Below are positions 1 to 5,433 of a stretch of 5,433 bases of DNA, piece by piece. The stretch lies in NCBI RefSeq assembly GCF_000400465.1, contig NW_008806312.1:1-5433 (forward strand). The letters are read 5' to 3'. The notes below the pieces were generated by a model. It saw only the letters and a list, made by a program, of their open reading frames with translations, made no database searches and had not been told where the DNA came from. How positions within the stretch are numbered: position 1 is the stretch's first letter; each line of letters begins with the position of its first letter. The DNA comes from Wallemia ichthyophaga EXF-994 (Eukaryota > Fungi > Basidiomycota). The position numbers and the translations under genes are program-made.

Positions 1-370
1 CTAGTCAAGAAAAGCTTCCAGAACTCAGCACCCCCTTTGACTCCGCATTTTTTAAGAAGTATTGAAGGACACAGTTTCTAACATGTATCGTATTAACAAT
101 ATATTCAAATTTAATCGTCATCATCATCATTTTGTGCTTGTTTTCTTTCAAAAGTCTTATAGCTAGCATAGGCATACTTGAGCTATTTTTTGCATTTTTC
201 ACCTTTAATGGCTAATTGTGTGCATGGTAGAAAGGAACGCCAGCAGATCATAGGTTAACGTAGGAAACACATTGCAGCGTATCAAGTATTTAATAATTTA
301 TATAGTTTACATTTTAACGATTGTACAGTAAAACAATACCAATTAACACACTTCATTGTAATCACCACAG

Positions 371-2304
371 CTACGCCATTCTGGATCTACCGAGCTCTTG
401 CAGCTGCGATATGAAGCTTTTCCATTGCTCCAGATAATAAAGCTGTGACAACTTCTACATTCAATGGTTAAATTTACAACGCAACATCATCAATGTCGAC
501 TCACTTCCGCCTCGGTCACGCTAATATTCCTGTCAACACTCAAAACATAGGGCTTGAAGGAACTTTCATCTTCGTGATAATTAAAAGACATTATTGTCGC
601 ATCGTCAGCCGGCTCCAATCCCATGAGTTGATTTTTTATTGTCCCACTTTCACACTGTACTTTCGGGTAGTATCGACCGCCGATAACGTCGATAGGTATA
701 GTGTGATGCTTACCCTGTGCCAATCTGCTCCACTTATGTCCTGACGGTGGAAGTGGTATATGTCTCTGAGCTTCTTGGTCCAACATAATATCCGGATAAT
801 GTTTCAGTGGCTTGGCAGGTTCGTTCGTGGGCTCGACTGCATACAATGCTCCGACAGCGTGCACCGTTGAGTCGAGCGCTATAAGATAATATACCAACAT
901 GCATATAGATGATGCATTTTCAGGTTGTCCACCCTCTATTCCAACACTTCTGTGCAGGCGCACCATATCGCCGAGCCAAATCATCTCCCCGCCTAGCCAT
1001 ATACCTTTGAAGCAATCGAGCGGCTCCGGTTGGTATTTGACTATCAGTTGGTAGTGATCAATAGGTGTGACGTGATGCTTCAGGTTCCAGCTTGCTCGAA
1101 TCCCAACGGTTAGAGCTAGCGCCCGGTCATAGACATCCTGATTAGCTATGTGAGGTATATCAGAGATATTTTCGAACAGGACGTCTGGCTTATTTTGGAA
1201 TCGGGGAAGAGGGAAATATGTCGGAGGAAAGTGTTTTTGTTGGACTATTAATGAGAGATATGGTCTTATTCGATCTTCATCTACCATGACGAGTGTCTTT
1301 GTGCCCAGCAAGAATACCTCAAACTGACGCTTATGTATCGGTTGACCATCTCTCACCTCAACATTAAACTGAAAGTCAACAACCTCACCCGGCCAATAAT
1401 CGATTTTGTAGTTATTATCGACGAACAGCTTGTGTTGTTCGGTTGCGATATCCGGTGGCGGAAGAAAAGGCAGTCCTTGTCTATCGAGACGCACCCAGCA
1501 AAGCTCATACAACCGTAAAAGCGATGGGGTCGATCTATCTCTATCTAGCTTTTGAGGTGCTACTGTTTGTGGCTGGATGGTATAGTCTTGCTGGCGCACC
1601 ACTGTCTTATTTGTCGGCGGAGGTGGCCCTGGATCTTTCATAGTAACCCTAATAGCTTCAGAGCGCAAGGTATGCTTTACGTGATAACGCTTATTACACT
1701 ACATTAATTCTTGTGAATTGTGCGTTCAAATAAGGTTTCTTACACACCTTGCAATTCTCGTGCCGCTGCTTCCTATCAGTCTTGAGCCAGACTATTTTCA
1801 GCGTTATAGAGTGCTCGCTCTGTAATTTTATGCTTACATACCTGCGTGTGGTGTAAATGCCTTTATTGAAGTGAATTTCTTTACGTGAATTGAGCCTTTA
1901 AGTGGGTATGAGTGGGGTTGTAGTGTAAAATTACCCAATCAATTCTCACCGAACAAGAAAGTTACTTTCTGATTTATGCCGTTCTCTTTCGAATCGAATG
2001 CATATAAGCGATACCCTTCAGGTAAACTTTGAAGCTGATAAAGGTGAGGATCTGTACGAGCAATGAGACGAGCGTGTGGATGAATGACTTTAAACCGACC
2101 CTCAAATCCTAAAGCATTTGCAATATCTTCTCCTGCACGCTTCAGGTATTTCTTGTAACTACTACTGTCCTTGTCCTTGAGCTCGTAATCAACTTTAGAG
2201 CTTAACATGGCCTTTGGATTTAGCTGCTTATCGCCATCAGAGTAAGGGAAATCAATATTGATTGGTTCTCTCCTCTTTGTTTTCGCAGGGCGATCAGACA
2301 ACAT
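371..2304 (-). CDS. clr2: Clr2-like transcriptional silencing protein (cryptic loci regulator 2 family; SHREC subunit in S. pombe), 6 exons, about 560 aa
   Basis: Model: complement(join(371..454,505..1698,1748..1791,1842..1895,1950..2051,2100..2304)), 1683 nt, open frame to TAG at 371-373. Introns: 2052-2099 (GTCGGT..CAG, 48 nt), 1896-1949 (GTGAGA..AAG, 54), 1792-1841 (GTATGT..TAG, 50), 1699-1747 (GTGTGT..TAG, 49), 455-504 (GTGAGT..TAG, 50). Splicing restores an N-terminal pattern I recognise from Clr2_transil (PF16761): FPYSDGD...YQLQSLPEGYRLY...FLFGS..KFTSIKAFTPHAVWL.....HENCKC. The large exon carries ELCWV, YWPGEV and GIWLGGEMIWLGDMVRL, typical of the Clr2 domain (PF10383). The start is uncertain: ATG 2304, or ATG 2324 with an extra intron (see findings). 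Confidence 0.85.
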
Positions 2305-2470
2305 GATGCATTCACAAGAGTCATGACGACGCGTTTGATTTGAAGAAAGGTGATAAAAATCTGTTTTATGCGATGTGTGGTGATCTACGTAAAGTTGGCG
2401 TGTAGTGCTTCCGACGTTACTTCTCTCGCGTTTGCTGGCTTTAAATGACTTGCGCGGTATCACAATCTTA

Positions 2471-2477
2471 TTTTATA
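2471..2477 (-). promoter_or_regulatory. TATAAAA element in the ataxin-10-like to clr2 spacer
   Basis: Canonical TATA-like heptamer about 167 nt upstream of clr2 ATG 2304 and about 58 nt downstream of the ataxin-10-like stop. It could be a clr2 TATA box, a 3'-end processing element of the upstream gene, or chance in AT-rich DNA. Confidence 0.3.
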
Positions 2478-2534
2478 GTAAAAAAAGGCAATGCTACCAT
2501 GTAATAATACATTAAGTTATAAACGAATAGCATC

Positions 2535-3976
2535 CTAGATCTGACGCGTATTTTTGCCCTCAAATGGCTGCAGAACGCCTTGAGCATCCAGTACACCAAC
2601 AGGTGTATCACCAAGATCGCGGACACGTTGCTGATTGCTTGTATGGTTCTTGAGAAGTACAGAGAGGGTGAAGAGAGCACTTTCTCTTTGAGCTTGGTCA
2701 AGTTAAACAAAGCCTCAAAATCTATTTCGAACTCACAACTCTCACGCATATCGACGTGTGCGCAATTCATACACGCTCTCAAGCCACCAACACTTCCTAT
2801 ACGCTCTTTTACATCTGCGTCACTTCCCGCAACGACAGAAATAAGACGCATCAATGCCGGCTTGAAGTTGGCAAATTGCTTTAGCGGATCGTCGTGTTCA
2901 CTCTCCTTTGAGAAGGGCTTTATTGAGGGAAGAAATTCTAATGAAGCTTCGAGTGCGCCTGTTTGCTAGATCAGTTCACAGTCTCGTCGCTCGAGCAGCA
3001 CGCACCAACAGCTAATTCTGGTAGTTGGGATGACCTCGCACTTGCGAGTAGTGGATGATTCCTCGTTTCTTCAAAGGCTGATTGGAAGACAGTGAAGGTC
3101 TCAGCAGCCACCAAGGACGTCTGAACAACCGATCCCAAGCGCGGATCTGGTTCTCCTTGCGCTGATGTTGATGATAGCATTGAAGTGCGACAAAAGTCGA
3201 GTGTACGCATCAGAAAGGGTATGAGAAACAGAGCTTTAAGGTTTCCAGGGCCAGATTGGTGAATGTACGCATCCAAACACTTTATGAATGCTGCTTGAGG
3301 TGGTGTGAGAGGCTCATCCTCGAATGTGCTTTAGAATGAATGAGCGGATGAGCAAAGAAGAAGCCCCTGACGCACTCTAGGATATTCCAAACTGTGTCCA
3401 CGTCTTCGTTCTCGATGATAGATGAGACGATGACGAAACTGGTGAGGTCAGATATGCCTTATCTAGATAGACAAAACCCACGCCAAATGAAAAACGCTAT
3501 CGTCATCTTCATGGGTGCGTTCCAACTTGATAAAGAGATCAAGCAACGCAATGAGAACAGGCCTTCGCGATAACAAACGGACGTTGGCAGTTGAGGATAA
3601 GTTGCGGATCAAAATGAGAGATGTCTGTACGATCTGCATATCAGGATACGCAATAAGCCGAGGGAATTGATCTCCGAATTCATTCCAAACTAATTTCTGA
3701 TTAGATGGATGTTGAGTGACAAGATTAGATAGCGATTGGGTGAGTAAATTGAGCACTGTCAAGTCGTAAAAGCCAGATTGTGGGGATGTGTACTGCACAA
3801 GTAGCTCCTTGATTTCTGCTATATGTGCCTCTCTTTATGTCACTGTAAGATTCTGACGCTAGGAATAGAAGCACGCACGCCAATTGAGATTGCTTTTGAG
3901 GTCCTTCTACGCAGCCATTTCTTATCAACTTGAGCTTGTTCTTGAGCTCTTCGCTTCCTTCCTCATATATTTTCAT
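2535..3976 (-). CDS. CTR86: Ataxin-10 / Ctr86-like armadillo-type repeat protein, 6 exons, 404 aa
   Basis: Model: complement(join(2535..2692,2737..2958,3006..3328,3376..3438,3482..3832,3879..3976)), 1215 nt, open frame to TAG at 2535-2537. Introns: 3833-3878 (GTGCGT..AAG, 46 nt), 3439-3481 (GTGGGT..CTGAC..CAG, 43), 3329-3375 (GTGCGT..AAG, 47), 2959-3005 (GTGCGT..CAG, 47), 2693-2736 (GTGAGT..AAG, 44). The C-terminus reads FKPALMRLISVVAGSDADVKERIGSVGGLRACMNCAHVDMRESSQRESALFTLSVLLKNHTSNQQRV, which fits the ataxin-10 C-terminal domain pattern (K..L.RLI......V...I...GG....L....D......RE.A.F.L..LL.N...NQ). The N-terminal RNG...Q and LTQSLSNLVT and the mid-protein TPPQAAFIKCLDAY also resemble fungal homologs. 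Confidence 0.85.
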
Positions 3977-4026
3977 TCCGCTTGTGCTGTCTTCGTCGTC
4001 GCAGCCAAATAGGAAGAAGAGCAACG
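3977..4026. promoter_or_regulatory. 50-bp divergent spacer between the ataxin-10-like and ceramide synthase start codons; candidate bidirectional promoter / overlapping 5' UTR region
   Basis: The ATGs at 3976 (minus) and 4027 (plus) point away from each other. Pyrimidine-rich tracts precede each ATG on its own strand (plus about 3946-3996; minus 4011-4024). Regulatory function is inferred from position only. Confidence 0.45.
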
Positions 4027-5176
4027 ATGATCACGATAAATCCATTTGAGCCTTATTACAGGCTGGATGAGAGTAGCTACGCCAAGGGACCTCTAGACGC
4101 TGTGTTCGTGCTGCAATGGGTTGCTATTTTGTTGGTGCTGCGCGAGTACACTATACGGTGGTTACTGCGACCGCTCGGTAAGCAGCTGGTGTCCATGAAC
4201 ACGTCACAGAAGGAACGACATAAGAATATCGCTAGATTCACTGAACAGTCCTGGTCTTGTCTATACTATATGTTCTTCTGGTCCTGGGGAATGTCCCTGG
4301 TTTTGAAATCTCCATTTAGCCCGTTGTACGACGATTGGACACAGCACTTCTGGCTAGATTACCCTCATACTAAAATGAACAAAATCAATAAAATCTATTA
4401 CCTCGCTCAGGCTGCTTTCTGGGTACAGCAGCTCTTTGTGTTGAACATTGAAAAAAGGCGCAAGGATCACTGGCGTGAGTTTCACTTTACTGTTCATTCA
4501 CTATTAACGGTATACTAGAGATGTTTACGCATCATTGTATCACTGTATCATTAGTCGTTAGCTCGTATGTCACGAACTACACAAGAGTAGGACAAGCAAT
4601 TCTTGTCACAATGGATCAATCAGATATCTTTTTAGACGTCAGTAAAGCTCAATCCTATACGCACTCTCTGACATTTATCCAGGGTGCAAAAGTACTCAAA
4701 TACATGGGTTGGGAGAAACTTTGTGATGTGAGTGAGACACCCTTGACAAAATCACACTGACCCCCAATCTTCAGGCAACGTTTGTGGCCTTCATGTTTTC
4801 ATGGGTTTTTACGCGTCAAATCGTCTTTGGTAGAATAATTTGGAGCGTTTGGGTTGAGGCACCACTCCATATTCAGCACCTATGGGAGCCATCAGTTGGT
4901 CATTACTACTCATATGCATTACACCGGCTTTTCTTAGGACTCTTGCTGGGATTACAGTTTATCCTCTTCTTCTGGCTCATCCTCATCATCAAAGTTGCTA
5001 TCAAATTTGTGCGCAGCAATAATGTGGAAGACATACGATCAGACGATGAGGAAGACTCTGAAGACAGCAATACTGCCCTACAAAACAAAACACCATCGCC
5101 GTCCTTCGCTGATCCCATGTCAACCAGCTCCTCAACCTCCTCATCACAATACAACCAGGAAGTTCGCAAGCGGTGA
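4027..5176 (+). CDS. LAG1: Ceramide synthase (sphingoid base N-acyltransferase), Lag1/TLC family, probably BarA-type clade, 4 exons, 337 aa
   Basis: Model: join(4027..4474,4519..4637,4683..4727,4775..5176), 1014 nt, TGA at 5174-5176. Introns: 4475-4518 (GTGAGT..TTAAC..TAG, 44 nt), 4638-4682 (GTCAGT..CTGAC..CAG, 45), 4728-4774 (GTGAGT..CTGAC..CAG, 47). Splicing gives an intact Lag1p motif RKDHWQMFTHHCITVSLVVSSYVTNYTRVGQAILVTMDQSDIFLDGAKVLKY with the conserved HH and DxxD. Also present are YAKGPLD, RFTEQSW, YYLAQAAFW, several hydrophobic segments, an acidic EDIRSDDEEDSED tail and a basic C-terminal RKR. Confidence 0.95.
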
Positions 5177-5399
5177 AATTCACTTCCTGAATGATAACCA
5201 CTAGATACTTATCTCACAAACTCTCTCTTTGTGGTCAAGTTATAAAAGTTTTACCTTTGTTACCAACTGTACTACAGATGCATCATGTAATTGTGATCAT
5301 GACCGCTTGCTTCTCTTATGTAACCCTTAATTTCGGAAAAAATATCATTACCGCCTTATGGTGGCGGTGGTACTTCAACTAGGGTCTTCATCTGTACGC

Positions 5400-5410
5400 A
5401 AAAAGAAAAA
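5400..5410 (-). terminator. RNA polymerase III terminator (T5-C-T5) of the tRNA gene
   Basis: The minus strand reads TTTTTCTTTTT starting 3 nt after the tRNA discriminator base. Oligo-dT termination is standard for Pol III. Confidence 0.75.
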
Positions 5411-5413
5411 CTA

Positions 5414-5433
5414 TGGTCCCTGCAGGGCTCGAA
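5414..5433 (-). tRNA. 3' end of a tRNA gene, cut by the window edge; possibly tRNA-Ile, anticodon not visible
   Basis: The minus strand reads TTCGAGC (7-nt T-loop / B-box core), CCTGC (3' T-stem), AGGGACC (3' acceptor strand), A (discriminator). The 7+5+7+1 spacing is canonical, and T-runs follow 3 nt later. The implied 5' end GGTCCCT resembles fungal tRNA-Ile(AAT) acceptor stems from memory, so the identity is only a guess. Confidence 0.8.

Noticed and set aside
1-81. Possible 3' end of an upstream plus-strand gene (SQEKLPELSTPFDSAFFKKY-stop at 63, or LVKK...GHSF-stop at 81)
   Set aside because: Too short to assign, and two frames are equally plausible; needs upstream sequence.
118-130. (TCA)4 microsatellite
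   Set aside because: Too short to be meaningful.
5-202. 65-aa minus-strand ORF
   Set aside because: AT-rich and low in complexity (MMMM comes from a TCA microsatellite); no recognisable motif or splice support.
493-1643. Plus-strand ORFs 493-744, 1333-1518 and 1443-1643
   Set aside because: Antisense shadows of the clr2 large exon, with no motifs.
2305-2463. 53-codon in-frame extension upstream of clr2 ATG 2304 (ORF track GTG start at 2463)
   Set aside because: No ATG start and no family resemblance; it lies in the expected promoter / upstream 3' UTR space.
2468-2736. C-terminal half of the 128-aa ORF 2468-2854
   Set aside because: Read-through past the 2736 donor; the true frame shifts after the 44-nt intron and matches the ataxin-10 pattern.
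2580-2969. 129-aa plus-strand ORF
   Set aside because: Antisense to ataxin-10-like exons, with no recognisable domain.
3845-3862. 18-nt plus-strand mini-intron lookalike GTAAGATTCTGACGCTAG
   Set aside because: Far below the local intron size range of 43-54 nt.
3985-4023. Weak inverted symmetry in the spacer (TGCT..CTTC / GAAG.AGCA)
   Set aside because: Short and bulged; expected by chance.
3987-4045. Extra upstream ataxin-10-like exon (ATG 4045, GTGATC..CAG 48-nt intron, giving MDLSTSG-MKIY) overlapping the ceramide synthase CDS
   Set aside because: In frame, but the donor lacks +5 G and +6 T, there is no branch motif, and an earlier AG intervenes; likely chance.
4178-4183. GTAAGC donor-like site in ceramide synthase exon 1
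   Set aside because: The frame is open and family-like through this region, so no intron is needed.
4906-5382. ORFs 4906-5169 (-), 4995-5204 (+), 5001-5201 (-) and 5191-5382 (+)
   Set aside because: Alternative-frame shadows of the low-complexity acidic/Ser-rich tail or the 3' UTR, with no motifs.
5418-5427. Perfect 10-bp palindrome CCCTGCAGGG
   Set aside because: A by-product of the tRNA T-stem / acceptor-stem sequence.
5356-5433. Minus-strand reading FEPCRDHSFSFCVQMKTLVEVPPPP-stop, or an acceptor TTTTTGCGTACAG as the last exon of a neighbouring gene
   Set aside because: Better explained by the tRNA 3' end plus its Pol III terminator.
1-5433. A functional cluster linking Clr2, ataxin-10-like, ceramide synthase and tRNA; mobile elements; CRISPR arrays
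   Set aside because: I know of no shared pathway, and adjacency is expected in a compact genome. I saw no transposase/RT motifs, terminal repeats or spaced direct repeats.

Overview
Gene-dense, intron-rich fungal DNA. The ORF track is fragmented because the genes are spliced. Three protein-coding genes could be rebuilt exon by exon with GT-AG introns of 43-54 nt and continuous reading frames: (1) a Clr2-like transcriptional silencing protein (minus, 371-2304, about 560 aa), (2) an ataxin-10/Ctr86-like armadillo-type protein (minus, 2535-3976, 404 aa), and (3) a Lag1-family (TLC domain) ceramide synthase, probably of the BarA-type clade (plus, 4027-5176, 337 aa). The 3' 20 nt of a minus-strand tRNA gene and its Pol III T-run terminator lie at the right edge. 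Tiny introns, GTGNGT donors and very short intergenic gaps suggest a compact basidiomycete genome such as Wallemia; this is inference only. I see no mobile element, CRISPR array or clearly novel multi-gene system, and this looks like conserved housekeeping DNA. The most unusual features are architectural: only 50 bp between the divergent start codons of genes 2 and 3 (with a speculative interleaved-exon model), a possible splicing-dependent choice of Clr2 N-terminus, two stop-free in-frame introns, and a distinctive splice-site pattern. All family assignments are from motif recall, not database searches.
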